64,000 bases of DNA from positions 38,752,001-38,816,000 of the forward strand of contig NW_024704742.1 in NCBI RefSeq assembly GCF_018977255.1. Reading direction: 5' to 3'. Both the position numbers and the translations under genes were made by a program. The notes beneath the pieces are model-generated. The model saw only the letters and a program-made list of their open reading frames with translations, had not been told where the DNA came from and did not search any database. Source of the stretch: Callorhinchus milii (Eukaryota). Below are positions 1 through 12,855 of this stretch, one piece after another (within the stretch, counting starts at the first letter, position 1; each line of letters starts with the position of its first letter).

Positions 1-189
1 AACCCAATGAAGAGACTTTCCTAAAGAATCAAAGATACACAACAAATGGAGAAACAAAGCTTTAGCATGACAGAAAATAATCCCTCTAAATATGTGTCGT
101 AACATTTAGTAATTCAGTTAAATTACATATTATTTAGTCCAGTGTGGACTATATCAGAGGAACTTAGCCTCGTACTTTGAACTCAAACT

Positions 190-683
190 CTAGGCTGACA
201 CTCCAATGCAGTGCTGGGGGTTTGATGCATTGTTGGACATACCATCTTTTGAATGAATGTTAAACTGAGGACCAGTTTGCCTATTCAGGTGGATGTTAAA
301 GATCCTATGGCACTATTCAAAAAGAGGAGTAAGTTTCTTCCAGTGTCCTGGCCAACAAACCTCTAAATAAAATTGGTCATTCTCTGCATGGCTGTTCGTG
401 GGGTATTGCTGTATGCAAATTGACTGCCGCATCTGCCTATTAATACACAGTCACTACATTTCATAAAATCCTGTGAAGCTCTTTGAGATGTCTCAATGTC
501 ATGATGGATACTGCTGTACGCAATTGACTGCTGCGTTTCATCCATAAAATATGCAGTCAATTCACTTTACAGTATATTAGGTGAAGTGCTTTGAGACCTC
601 TCCAAGACATGATAAGTCGCTATATCAAATGCAAGGATTATTATTATTAAGGTGCCATATCAAATGCAAGGATTATTTTATTT
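190..683 (+). mobile_element. Deu-domain SINE (5'-truncated) with a second SINE tail nested at ~504-648
   Basis: AGGCTGACACTCCAATGCAG..GTTAAACTGAGG..TCAGGTGGATGTTAAAGATCCTATGGCACTATTC core; tail ATCAAATGCAAGGATTATT occurs twice because a second tail splits the first at CATGA|TAAGG. Confidence 0.85.
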
Positions 684-1774
684 GTTGACTATTATGAAAT
701 ATTTCTCACAGTTTGGTAAATAAAGGTGAAGGTTAATTCTCCAGTGTCAATGAAATATTATCTCTTGAAATTTAAAAAAAGAGAAAAAGGAAACTTGCGC
801 TTGATACTTTGACTGAACCTCCTTGAAGTGCTTTGGACTTTTTGCCCTTTCCAAGATGAAGATATAATGAATAAAGCTATGTAGGTCTCGGTTGTGATTA
901 TTTTTAAATGTTGCCTTCTTAGCTTTACAATGGGGTGACTGTTCAACAATATGACCACAATTGAACTTTAATGCGAGCACTTGCAGAAAATAATTTGGCT
1001 TCATTTCAAAGAAGTCACTTTGCTATAACAAACTTTCCTTTAGTTTTATGTTTCTGAAACTGTGGAACCAATGAAGATTAAGCAATATGATTTGTTGTAT
1101 CATGATACATAAGCCTAAAGCTGTATTTTTTCCTGGGTATCACACATGATTTACAACCCAGAAACCTTACGGACCAGTTATACTGATTTGAAGTGGTGCT
1201 TGGCATGGAGTGATTGAAAGGTAATAGTTATAGTACCTGCTCTGAATTGCTTGGGCCTGGAATTGAGTTCAAGGAAAGTGAATTCCGATCTAGTAAAGTG
1301 CATGAGCGGAAGTGTATTAACATGTGCCAAAGAGTAACTAATTTTTAATGTTGTTAAAGAACTATAAGGTTTGAAATCACATGAAGCACATTGAGAATAA
1401 CCAATTGGACAACCCAGTGAATGTTAGACTTTTCAAAATGTAAAATTTTGCTTTGCTTTGATTTCAGTAAAACTGAAACATTTGATGCTGAAGGATGACT
1501 CAAAATCATTCTGATGCCTCTTATTTAATATGAGAACCCCATTGAATCAATGTTAAATTAATAGTTTACGTGAGGCTTCAGAAATATATTGGAATGGTGT
1601 GTACGATTTTATTTGAAAATAGGAATGTTGTTGGGTTGGGGATGAATCTGTATCTTCCTTGGATTTATTTAGATTACCACAATTATTTGCATTTGTGTAG
1701 AATCTTTCATGTGGAATAATGTGTCATTTACAATGAAGAAAAAGATCCTGAGTGGGGAGTGGGGGGGGGGGGGG

Positions 1775-2130
1775 GGAGTAGGAAGTAGATTTGAACCATA
1801 CGACACCAACAGATGGGATAGCATCTCACAGTGCTTAAAGGCACAGGCACAGCCAAAGCGATAAGTCTTACAGCAGGATTTGAAGACCAATATGGAGGGA
1901 GGAACAGAGGGATCGGGATTGAGAGTTCCAGAGATTAGGGTGAACTGCTGTGGTTCTCATGTGTTAACCAATGGTGCTTTGCATGGGGGGGAGGAATGTG
2001 CAGCAAGCCTGAGGTAGCCGAGTGGGATGAGCAAAGGAGTGGGGCAGGAGGAGATGGGGAGGTAGGGTGGTGCCAGAGCATGAAAGGGTTTAAAGGAACT
2101 TGAGAGATGAAAAATTCAAGTGGATCTTGG
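1775..2130 (-). mobile_element. L2 LINE 3' fragment (decayed)
   Basis: Purine-rich stretch; reverse complement resembles the L2 ORF2 C-terminus/3'UTR seen at 29568-30020. Confidence 0.6.
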
Positions 2131-2265
2131 GATATTTTATGGACCTGAAATAATGAACAAATTTAATCAGGCTTAGTTCATGAATATTGAATATTTTTAA
2201 CAGAATGCCTATAGGTCTTTTTAATCATCTATTCCATGCTGGTAGTGAAAGAAAGAACAACAGAT

Positions 2266-2750
2266 CACTAGAGAATTCTGGATGAAGAAAGCATTTGGCC
2301 CATATGATCTCACCCTTCCAGAATACCTACCCAACTGTCCTCCCAATACAGCTGCTTTTTTAAAAATAAATCCAACGTTCTTCCTGGTAGCCTCTTCCAG
2401 TCATTAATTACTCTCCGGGTACAGACTTTTTTTCTAGTTTGTCCTGAAATTGCCCTTTACAACCCTCTGCCCTCAGGCCCATGACCCTATCACCCCCATC
2501 CTCGCCCAACCCCACTAGCTTCCCATCACACAGAGGATACAGTTCAAGATCTTCTGTCTAATACTGGAAATCAAACTCGCTCTCTCTGCACTGTTTGAGT
2601 TGCCCCCTTATGTCACAGCGACCAGAACTGTACACGGTACTCTCGGCCTGACCAGAATATTGTGCAATTTGAGTATGACTTCTGGAGATTTTAACTCGAC
2701 AGGTTTGACAATACAGCTGCCTCACACTCTGATTATCTAGGGCACTGAGA
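2266..2750 (-). mobile_element. CR1-type LINE 3' fragment
   Basis: GGATGAAGAAAGCATTTGGCCCAT..GTCCTGAAATTGCCCTTT..CCAGAACTGTACACGGTACTC; homologous to copies at 11220, 16738, 23870, 41815. Confidence 0.7.
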
Positions 2751-3689
2751 GACTCGAACAGAAATCCGGAAACTAACAAGGCATATTTTCAATATCTAAC
2801 TGATTCAGACCTACCTAAAGTAAAAGTAAAGTTTTTTTTCCTAAACTTCAAAAAAAAATCAGTAAATATTTTGGGGTATTTCCCCTAGAGTGAAAAAAGG
2901 AAGCCTTTGTAAGGTTGCCTACGTGTAAAAGGAAAGGAGGATATGATCTAGGAGCCAAAGTACAGAAGAACATCATCGCATGTATAAAGGATAATATTGA
3001 AAGCATCATGTAAATATTTGGTGGTTTGTGGATTTCATTAAAAATATTTGAATGAATTGCTGTGTTATGTATCTTCCAATGAGTTTGACTGGAAAATGTT
3101 ACTTTTATATATCTCGAAACCATATAATGAACACATGCTGCTTTCTATCTGTGATTCTTTAGGTTGTCAAGTTCTTTTACAGGCCAGACATGCCTTTTCC
3201 TGAAAAAAAGTTGTTTTGAGACATATTTTATTGAACGCATGAAAAGTATGCTTGGCATATCTTCATAAATTGGAACATCGATTCAGACTAAATAGGTGAT
3301 TTGCCTTTGTCAACGTTCACTGCTAATGGGCTGAATGGTGTTTAGAATGTGTTGCCATTATCCTTCAGTCCTAGGAGTAACACATTCTCAAACAAACATT
3401 CGGGCCTAAAAAGCAGAGATATTTCTAGCAGGACTCCAAGTCACAAATGGAGGCTCCTTTCCGTAACTGCGAGAACACAGCTGAGATGAAATATACTTCT
3501 GGAAAGGAGTTCCCTAGAGTTGGATGTGATGTCCTGAACCCCATTTTATTCAAAGCCAATTTTAAGGAATCCCATCCAAAATTGCCATGTTTTGTTCCCC
3601 ACTGTGGTAAACATAAAGTTCAGCATTTTATATGAGCCAACACACAAGAACATAGGCATTTTTTCATGATTGCACAGAATTACGTAGAA

Positions 3690-3945
3690 CATTACTGCAC
3701 AGAAATAGACTTTCGGCATAATTGGTTCGTTCCGTTGTTTATACTCCACACAAGCCTCCACCCCTACTAATCCCCTCACCTATATCACTTTATATCCTTC
3801 TACCTCATGTATGCTTTAAGTTTCCTTTGATATATGTTGATGGTTTTTGCTTCAATTACAGCTTCCGGTTGTGAGTTCCACATTATCATCACCTTCTGCA
3901 TTTTATTTGGGTCAACCGGGTGTCGACCTTCTGCATTAAGAAGTT
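3690..3945 (-). mobile_element. CR1-type LINE 3' fragment
   Basis: GTGAGTTCCACATTATCATCACCTTCTG..AAGAAGTT, typical reversed CR1 3' end. Confidence 0.55.
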
Positions 3946-4769
3946 AAGGACAAGAATGATTTTTAAAATTTATTTGGTTCAGTCCTTTTCAAATAACAAG
4001 TAATCTTTGTGTGCACATAAAGAACATATAGTGTATTGAAAAAGCTGACAATGTGTGGTGACTGTTTGTTGTCAACTCCCTATCAATTCTCGGTGATCTC
4101 AATATTGGAGTGCTGGATATGGATCCAAATGATGGATGGAATTAGATAAATGTCTTTCTTCCTTCCTACCTATATTATTAGGTCAATATATGAAATACAA
4201 GTATTGCAGGGGTAAATCAATTATACTAATCCTTGTATAAGACCGATCTGTATAAATATTGTAATCACCTAAGTCATGCATCTGCCCAAGTCCCGTTCAG
4301 TAGTTTATATTCTATGCAAATTTGACATAACTCATACTTTGCATAAGTCTTATTAAGTGTATGGTACCAATTGATATGACTTATGTGAAGTTTACTGTAT
4401 ATTTCATATTTAAGGCATAGAACAAGCAAAAGGCTATTTGGCTCATGAAACCTACTTCTGTATTTTAACAGTATTTTAATGGTTTTTTAATATGAGGTTC
4501 CACCTGACAACCTCACAACTGATTTGTAAATTGTGAGTCCTTCAGGCCCTCGCATGCGTCTGGAGCTGATCCTCAGAATGCTGAAGACTGATTTCTAATA
4601 ATTTTTTGCTAGTCTCTGGGAACCTCCTTTGACTGCAGTCTGGCTTCACTGATCTTGAAAATGAGTTTGCCGCCTGAGCAGAGTTCCAGATGTTTGTCCA
4701 GAGACACAACTGGATGCCTACAGGTTAATGCTTTTTCTTGTAAACTTTGCATTATAGATCTCATTACAT

Positions 4770-5145
4770 ATGGCAGCATCAGTTGGTAGCAATCTTACCT
4801 CTTGGTCAGAAGGTGTGGGTTCAAGTCTCATTTCAGGATTGTTGGTTTAGGTTGATATCCCAGAGTAAGGGGAACATTAGATTGTTGGAGGTGCTGTCTT
4901 TCAGGTGAGATGTTAAACCAAGGTCGTGTCTGCTTACTCAGGTGTGTGTTAAAGAACCCCTGGCACTATTTGAAAAAGGAAGGGAGTTTTTCCCAGTGTC
5001 CTGGCCAACAATCCTCCAGTTAAATTACTGATTGATCAATCACCTGGCTGTTTGCAGAGTCTTGCTACATGCAAATTGGCTACAAATACACAGTCACTAC
5101 ATTTAGCAGTGAATTTTTTTTTGATGTGGTAAGGTATTAAATCCT
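4770..5145 (+). mobile_element. Deu-domain SINE
   Basis: tRNA-like head TCAGTTGGTAGC..GGGTTCAAGTC; core GGAGGTGCTGTCTTTCAGGTGAGATGTTAAACCAAGG; degraded tail. Confidence 0.85.
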
Positions 5146-5149
5146 GTAG

Positions 5150-5460
5150 GGAGTCCTGTAGCTCGGTGGTTAGAGCACCCGCTTCAAAAGCGAGAGACCT
5201 GGGTTCAATTCCTGGCAGGGCGAAACCTTGGGCAAGTTTCTATACTCCACTCGCCTGATAATAATACCTCAAGAAAAAAATAATAAAATTGGTCACTTCA
5301 ATCCATGGCTGTTTGTGGGACACTGCTGTGTGCAATTGGCTGCCGCGTTTCGCCCACAAATATACAGTCAATTCACAATACAGTTTATTCTGCAAAGTGC
5401 TTTGAGACGTCCAGAAGACGTGAAAAGCACTATGTCAAATGCAAGGATTATTATTTTTTA
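5150..5460 (+). mobile_element. tRNA-derived SINE, short form, full length
   Basis: GGAGTCCTGTAGCTCGGTGGTTAGAGC (A box), GGTTCAATTCC (B box), shared tail ending TCAAATGCAAGGATTATT. Confidence 0.92.
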
Positions 5461-6169
5461 TTTACTATAAATCAAATCCAAGGAATATTATGATCTCCTA
5501 GGAAAAGTTTCCTCATCGGAAAATCTTAAATCCAAAGTCGGTCAAGAAAAAACTCCACATCATTTTCCATAGCACATCAATCACCATTATCCAAACCTGA
5601 TACCCTCCTCCCACGGACATTTACCCTCTCGTGGCCTCAGCACAAAAATCATTGTGTCTTGTGGAATGTTTTGCGTTTTTATATAAATACATTCACCTGT
5701 TCTTGAAGGCTGTTAAAATTAAGAAAAGAAACCTGGAGAGAGTGTTAATGCCACTGGACGATGTGACTGCGTTGATCACAGAAGGCTTAGTACACATGAG
5801 GGAATTTGGTGTAAAAGTGTGACGAAGTTAAACTCCGCTAAATAGTGGGCGGTAATTACATTTATAATTTCCCACTGGATTTGCAGCCTGAGCACATGAG
5901 ATTTTTACAGCAACTTTCCAGGATTGCAAAGTACTCTGTGGATTCAGAATGTGCAATGATAGAAAAGCAGGAAATGAGCTCTGAGGAAATTTCTCTGCTC
6001 TGTAGCTTTTCACCGATTCTTAGCATTTGATGTTTTACAGCCATCTGTCCAGTGAAATCAAGTTTAGTGTAGGCTAGGAACTATTTTTCAGGAAAAATCT
6101 GTGTTGTACATAAGCTGAGACAGTATAGCGTGGAAAAAGATACATTGCATTTTTATTACTTTTATTTTA

Positions 6170-6335
6170 TTACGCAAGTGGCTATCGAAGCTAAAAGCGT
6201 AAAAAGATTGATTGAAAGGAATGGATGATTACTTGAAAGGAAACAATATAAAAGGATACAGGGTTTAGAGCAGTCAAGAAGCTAACACCAGCCAAGACTT
6301 GATGAGCACCCTAGGCTGTAATTTGTGTGATTCCA
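6170..6335 (+). mobile_element. CR1-type LINE terminal fragment
   Basis: TTGAAAGGAATGGATGATTACTTGAAAGGAAACAATATAAAAGGATACAGGG resembles the CR1 3' end at ~59010-59070. Confidence 0.5.
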
Positions 6336-7599
6336 CGCTCAATTGTATGTCATAACAATAACGTTAATGAGTGTTTCTGAAAGGAAATAATTAGGAAATA
6401 ATATACTTCTTTACAAAAGCACATAATTGTCTTTATGAGCAATAGTTGGCATTGCCTCAGTTAACCTGTGGTATCACAAGTTTGCAGCCAATCACAGAGG
6501 GGCACTGATGGTGGTCTATAGTGAAACCCTTTGGATTGATAAGAGCCAAATTAAAATGAAGAGCCTCGGTGGGAAAATATAGGTGGAAACACACACAGAT
6601 TTAAAAAAAAGTAATAGTGAATTGAGAATGAGCCTGGAGAATATGCCTTGAGTAAGAATTAGGAAGTTTTGGAAGGGACAGGAGGCTGCTATAGACACAA
6701 TGATGTTTGTGTGCTATGATTAATGAATAATTATTGAGTCAGTTTCCCCCTCCAGAAGACACAGTGAGTGTCTTGTTGATCTCATCTTGAAGTTAATGGG
6801 TGACAGCAAATGCAATGCTATTTAACCTTGCTGTGGGGGGCGACCGGTGGTGGTAAGAGGACGATGACAACTGGAATCATTCAATAAAGGGCAATGTGCG
6901 TTTGTAAATTTGCAACTTATATTTCCATTCTCATATTCATTTGCAAAAAGGATAAGACTATAGTAATTGAACTTGAAGTTTGTCGCAGTTCACAACACTG
7001 TTCTTTTTGTGGTTGGAAATTGGGTGGAAATCATTTCTATTCTAGATAACATGCCGAGTATCAAGGTATATTGGTATCCAAAGGCAAACAAAGTTATGCC
7101 TCATTTAATTGCTTGCTTGCTATGTTAGGAATCACTATATACAGTATGATTGAGCTGCCAGCAAAGTCACTCTGCTAATTTCAAATGTCAGGGGGAGTTC
7201 ACTGTTGTAGGATTGGGAGGTTATGTAACTTCACATGTTGTGAAATACGACAGCTGTATTGTAGCTGCTCATTGTGAAATAAATGTAGTTATGAATCAGA
7301 GTGGTTTCATATCCAGGGATTGCTCAATGGGCCAGAAACTATGGTCGCAACAAGTGAAGTGAGACCCCATTTATATAATTTGCTTGCTTGTTCCATGAAT
7401 AAGTCTCACAACTAATTTGTCAGATGGATCTTTTCTGGATTGTAAGTCAATGAATAGATGTCTAATCTGAGAGTCGATATTGAGTGGACACAATCGTAAA
7501 ATAATCGCAAAAGGAATTGAAAGGGATTATTATGCTTTATTTATTATAAATCAAATCCAAGGAATATTATGATTTGATTTATAATAAATGAAAGATTAT

Positions 7600-7845
7600 A
7601 AAGAAATCTACACAATTTACACAGAAAATGGATGGAATGTGGAGCTCTCTGCAACGAATCATAGCGGCCATAATTTCTTTTAAAAGGGAGTGAGTTTGGC
7701 ACTTGACCATGAGGAATATTAAAGGATTATGGGGAGGGGAGCAAGCTTGAGAGTGGGATTACATTGTCACATATGGAGCAAAACACGCAGTACAGACTCG
7801 GTGCCCTGAATGCTTTGTGTCTGTGCTATGATATACTATGATTCT
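7600..7845 (+). mobile_element. CR1-type LINE terminal fragment
   Basis: GGAATGTGGAGCTCTCTGC..TTTAAAAGGGAG..AAAGGATTATGGGG..CTATGATTCTA end. Confidence 0.6.
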
Positions 7846-8899
7846 ACACAATCAAATAAAAAAAATTGCACAGCCAATGTTATCTGTGTATGTGTATATG
7901 TATATATATATATATTTAGTTATGTACATTTGAACCAAACATCTGGAGCTATTCCTGAATGTGTGAACAGTGCTCTTTACTAGTTTTGAGGAATGCAGCT
8001 CTATAAAAGACTTTTGAATATTTAGAGCATTTAGGAACACTCATTAAAGGATACTTGTTTCCAAATGAGGATGTGTTTTCATCAGAGTGTGTAAAACAGT
8101 CTTTCTTCTGGATGCCCCAGCATGTACTTGCTGACCGCATTCAATGTTCTTTAATGTGGGTTAAAGAACATTACAAAGAGGGGTCCTTACAGCTCTGTAT
8201 GGCATTGTGCCTAGACACACTAACCTTTTTGTGGGACTCTGTTTGGTCACCTCTCCTTAAACCCTGTGTCACTTCTGAGTGAGAGTAGCTTGAGAGGAAG
8301 TTACTTGAAGGACAGTGATGTGTTCAAAGTCTGTCAGAGCACTCAGAAAGTCGCAGGGAGAGGTCGCTGGCATCTTTTCATTGTATAGTAATAGGCTCTG
8401 ATGTTTCTGTGGCATATAGATCACACAGTATTCCCATCAACGGGATCATGCATCCTGAAGATGTAAATTCACTTACTCTTCCTGATGGGAAGAAATATTA
8501 TTTAGAGAAGTAACAGAAGCCACATTTATTGTTTTTTACTGATATTGCTGACTCTGTTGCCAGTCAGGGCTGACGAAAAAGGGTAAATAGTTCTGAAATA
8601 AGCACTGGTTCACCATATAAAGATGCAGTTTGATGGATATAAGTACATAATCTACAAAATTATTAGTTCCATACAGTACTGTATTAATTTGTTCCATTTG
8701 TGTGTGAGAATATGAAGTCACTTATCTTATTAAAGCAGTGTTTAACATTATTCATTAGCATTCATTGAATGAAAATTAATTTAAAAAAAACTTTATGAAA
8801 GAAATTGCACATAAGTTTCAGCAAACATCAGAAACCTTTCATTTGTTGTCTGTGAGCATCATAGATGAAAACTATGCTTTAATTCCATTGCATGGTCAA

Positions 8900-9135
8900 A
8901 TAGAGAAGGATTTTTCCTCAGTGTCTTGGCCAACAATTCCCCAGATAAAATTGGTCATTCACATGATGGCTATTTGTGCGACATTAATGGGCTCAAATTG
9001 GTTGCCAAATTTGCCTGTATATTAACAGTCACAACACTTTATAGTAAAATCCTGTGAAGAACTTTGAGACATTTTGATGAAGTGATAATATATCAAAGGA
9101 TTAATCGGAGCAAGGAATATTATTACTAATAATAA
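8900..9135 (+). mobile_element. Deu-SINE 3' half
   Basis: GTGTCTTGGCCAACAATTCCCCAGATAAAATTGGTCATT plus tail. Confidence 0.75.
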
Positions 9136-9591
9136 TCAAACACAAATGTCTTACAGCTCAGCAGAGGAAAAGAGCAGACAGCTGATAATCATTCAGATAC
9201 TTTTGGTGGTGCAGTATGTAAAGTGTTTTATTGGCTTTTAGCAAAACATTATATAGTTGTATAGCATTTCAATGTATTCTATTTTATCCTGTAGAGTAGC
9301 TCAGTATTCAATATTTGGTAGGTTACTACTAGATTATACAGTGTTTGGTGTTATATTAGTGTATAATTTGGTTGTGCAGTTTTGATTTCACATTATTTTG
9401 AATTTCAATGTCCAATTTGGAAGTATTTCGGTAGCATGTTACTGTACATGGTACAGTACATCAGTTTAAAATGTAATCTCATATTCAACAAACAAGCACC
9501 TTTAAACAATGCTACTGTTGACTATTGGTTCATGTATTATCCATACATGTGCCAAAATATGCCCAAATAATATAATCCTATCAATCGGTAG

Positions 9592-10026
9592 TGTGTCAGC
9601 CTGGCTCAGTGTCCTCACCTGTGAGTCAGAAGGTTGTAGTTTGAAACTCTGGATCGCGACTTCAAAATCACAGTTGAAGTTGACACTCCAATGCAAACCT
9701 GGGGGTGTGTTGCGTTGCAATGTCGGAGGTGTCATCTTTCGGCTGAGATGTTAAACCGAGGACGGACTGTTCCGGTGGATGTTATAGATCCCATCGCACT
9801 GTTCGAAGAGAGGAGGGAATTTCTCCTGGTGTTCCTGGCGAATAATTCCCCAGATAAAATTGGTCACTGACTCCTTGACTGATTGTGGGGTACTCCTGTG
9901 TGCAATTGGGCTGCCACGTTAGCCTATAGATACACAGTTACTCTATTAATTGGAAATCCTACTAAGTGCTTTGGAACATGCTCCCGATGTGATCAGGCAC
10001 TAGATCAAATGCAAGGATTATTATTA
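9592..10026 (+). mobile_element. Deu-domain SINE, full length
   Basis: TGTCAGCCTGGCTCAG head; GTCGGAGGTGTCATCTTTCGGCTGAGATGTTAAACCGAGG core; GGTGGATGTTATAGATCCCATCGCACTGTTCGAAG; tail ATCAAATGCAAGGATTATTATT. Confidence 0.9.
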
Positions 10027-11219
10027 AAGTAAGCAGTATTCAGAAGAGTCATGTCCTTTTGAGGCAAATTAAAACGTTTATTGAGCACTTTGTTTCAATT
10101 TTATATGTTGAATTAAAGAATTCTCTTATTTCAAGGTGTGGTTATTTTGCCTAATGAAAGGTATCACTAGAATAGTAAAAATGTGTTACAACATGGTCAT
10201 GCTTAATCAGTCCATATGTGAAACTTCAGTGTTTTTGTCAGTAAGGAATGAGACCAAACAGGAAACTATACTTCTCATGCAATGATGGAAATTAGTTGAC
10301 TAGGTTTACATTACCTTTTGCAAAATACTGCAAAGTATAAATCTGCAGAGTTTGCTCCTGGAAACAATTAACTGAAGCCACTCAAAAAACTGGCCAGCAG
10401 CACAAGAGAATCCCTCACTAAATTAAATGCTGCTTTGCAACCAGGTTCCAACCATACCTATTATTCTGCGCACAGAATCCACCCACATGAATACCCCCCA
10501 ACCCAGAGGAAGATTCCTACCAGTAGAGTAACTACTTCCAGTTTAAACAATGCAGTATTCACTTTCCTTTCCAATTAATATTCACCAGAGCATTAAGATT
10601 TTTGCAGGGAAAAAAATCAAAATCCAATATCTATGGAACAACATGTATTAGAACAAAATCTAAATTACAAGCTGCGGGTATAGATTACCCCTTGTTCTAA
10701 ATACCGTAAGCAATTTATTCTTGTCTATTTAGTGTTGGACATATATGCATGTGATTTCATATCTTTGGTCTACAACAACCTAAGAAAACATGGAAAGAGG
10801 AAGCCAAGTGATTATGCGAAAGTTTTGACATCTCTGATCCTGCTTTTCCTGAAGGAAATCTCCAAACTCAGTCTTTACAAAGCTGGGGTCGTTATCAACG
10901 TTAGCCATAGCCAGCAGTTAATGCACAAATTTGCCTCAATCTCTTTATCACATGTGTTGACTTGATAGAGCACGTGGGGTTAGCAAGTTTCTATCAATGG
11001 GAATGACATCTGTTCAATCTAAAAAACATCTTGTCCATGAAGAGGCCAAGAAAATCCAGATGGTGTGTAACCAAGGATGAAGTGACACTTCATTAGCGGA
11101 GTTTTGATTTATTTGACATAGGTGGCAGTTCTTCACTGCTATCTCATAACCTGCTTCAATTTTTGGCCACAATTCATAGCTTCCAGCAAATGCATTCATG
11201 TAAGATCATGTATCCAAGG

Positions 11220-11490
11220 TCACATATTACAAGCAAGGTTTGGAAGAAGGCCTTTTGGTCTATTTGATGTCATACGTACAGAATACCAGCTGTACCGTCT
11301 TCCCATTACAACATCAAACCATTTCTTAAAGGAGTTTGGTATCCTGGCCTCAACCACCCTTCCTGGTAACCTGATCAAGCTGTTGATTGCTCTCTGCGTC
11401 AATAAATGCTTCCTGGTGTCTGATCTAAAAGCATCTGTCACAACCCTGAACCTGTGCCCTCTGTCATATCCCTGCTACTGAAAGTCTCTC
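11220..11490 (-). mobile_element. CR1-type LINE 3' fragment
   Basis: Homologous to 41815-42225; minus ORF 11220-11441 (..INSLIRLPGRVVEARIPNSFKKWFD..) resembles a decayed ORF2 C-terminus. Confidence 0.75.
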
Positions 11491-11576
11491 CAGAACCCTC
11501 TCCAGATTATTGAAATTCACTTCACTGAACAATAAACCATCAACGTGGACCATCCCTATGTCTTAAATGCCATTGT

Positions 11577-12008
11577 GGAGTCCTGCAGCTCAGTGGTTGG
11601 AGCACTCGCCTCCCAAGTGAGAAACCTGGGTTAGATTCCTGGCAGGGCAAAATGTTGGGCAAGTTTCCTTACTCCACATGCTTATGTTTACCTCGCAGTA
11701 TAGTAGGAACCCAGTTGTTAGTCGATTAGTTGATCAAGCGCTCTGAGACGCTGTCTGGCGTGGAGGGCGCTATATAAATCCAAGTTGTTGCTATTGATTG
11801 GCGGATCGCTTTTCCGGGGGTAATAACTCCTTCAAAAAATATTAACTTGGTCACTTAAATCCACAACTGTTTGTGGGACACAATTGGCTGTCGCATTTCA
11901 TCCACAAAATATACAGTCAATTAATTTTACAGTATATTCTGTGAAGTGCTTTGAGATGTCTCAAAGTTGTGCTAAGGCGTTATATCAAATGCAAGGATTA
12001 TTATTATT
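11577..12008 (+). mobile_element. tRNA-derived SINE, long form, with an internal L2-tail insertion (~11730-11798)
   Basis: A/B boxes; central TGTTTACCT..GTAGGAACCCAGTTGTTAGTC..GGCGGATCGCTTT block; shared tail. Confidence 0.9.
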
Positions 12009-12169
12009 AGAAAGACTATGCTGGAAACTCCCTAGTGATGAAGAGACCCTACAAAGCAGCTTAGTACATGCAGATTTTATTTTTACTTTTCATCCAGGAT
12101 CATTTGTTGATAGGTCGGTAACATATTAAAATTCGTAAATTCTGGTAGTAATGAACTATGACCAATGCC

Positions 12170-12290
12170 CACAAAAAACACAGTCACTACACTTTTCAGT
12201 AAAGCCTGTGAAGTACTTTAGGACATGCTCCCAATGTGAAAGGTACTTTACCAAATGTAAGGATTATTATTATTAATTAATATTATTATT
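12170..12290 (+). mobile_element. SINE tail-only fragment
   Basis: CAGTCACTACAC..GTGAAGTACTTT..AAATGTAAGGATTATTATT. Confidence 0.75.
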
Positions 12291-12669
12291 AATAATTTTT
12301 TTTAATTTTAGGGGACATGGGCAGTTTCCCTTGATTTGAAGTGTTACTTTATAATCCACACAAATTTCAATTGGTTTGCCTTGCCTAACTTTCCGTGAGA
12401 AACACCAATTTCAAGATGAGAACACAGAGGTGTTCCCTAGGTCTAATATTCTAATATTCCTTTATAGCTCAGCCTCTACCTCTGTTCAACACAAGTCTAA
12501 GTACAAAATAATTTGGCTTCACTCCAGAGTCCACATACATATTTGCATATTTACATATCAATGTTTCTGAATGTATCTTGAATACCTCAGAATATTTTAT
12601 TTGAGTCAGGAACACAGGAACAGACATTTTAACAGATATTTTAATCTTCATTTTATTTCTGTTCCATTT

Positions 12670-12855
12670 CAGTCATTGCTTTCCCCCCCAATACCTGGAA
12701 CTCTCTGCCTTTGCTCCCTTTCCATCTATCTTCAAATTTCACATTAAAACCTACCTATTTGATCACGCCTATGGTCACCTTACACCCACTTCCTCCTAGT
12801 TTGGCATCCGACCTCGTCACATGAAGGGCACTATATAAATGCACAATGTTTTTTT
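12670..12855 (+). mobile_element. L2 LINE 3' end
   Basis: CTGGAACTCTCTGCC..AAAACCTACCTATTTGATCACGCCT..GGCACTATATAAATGCA. Confidence 0.65.

Noticed and set aside
1..60. Minus-strand acceptor-like tract (CTTTGATTCTTTAG|GAAAG) at the window edge
   Set aside because: Only 20 nt of putative exon are visible, so it cannot be evaluated
1760..1777. Poly-G run as a G-quadruplex regulatory element
   Set aside because: Lies at the end of a reversed L2 C-rich UTR, like the poly-C near 29910
5228..5493. Recurrent peptides such as LFVGHCCVQLAAAF and IKCKDYYY across many ORFs
   Set aside because: Translations of the shared SINE tail, not a protein family
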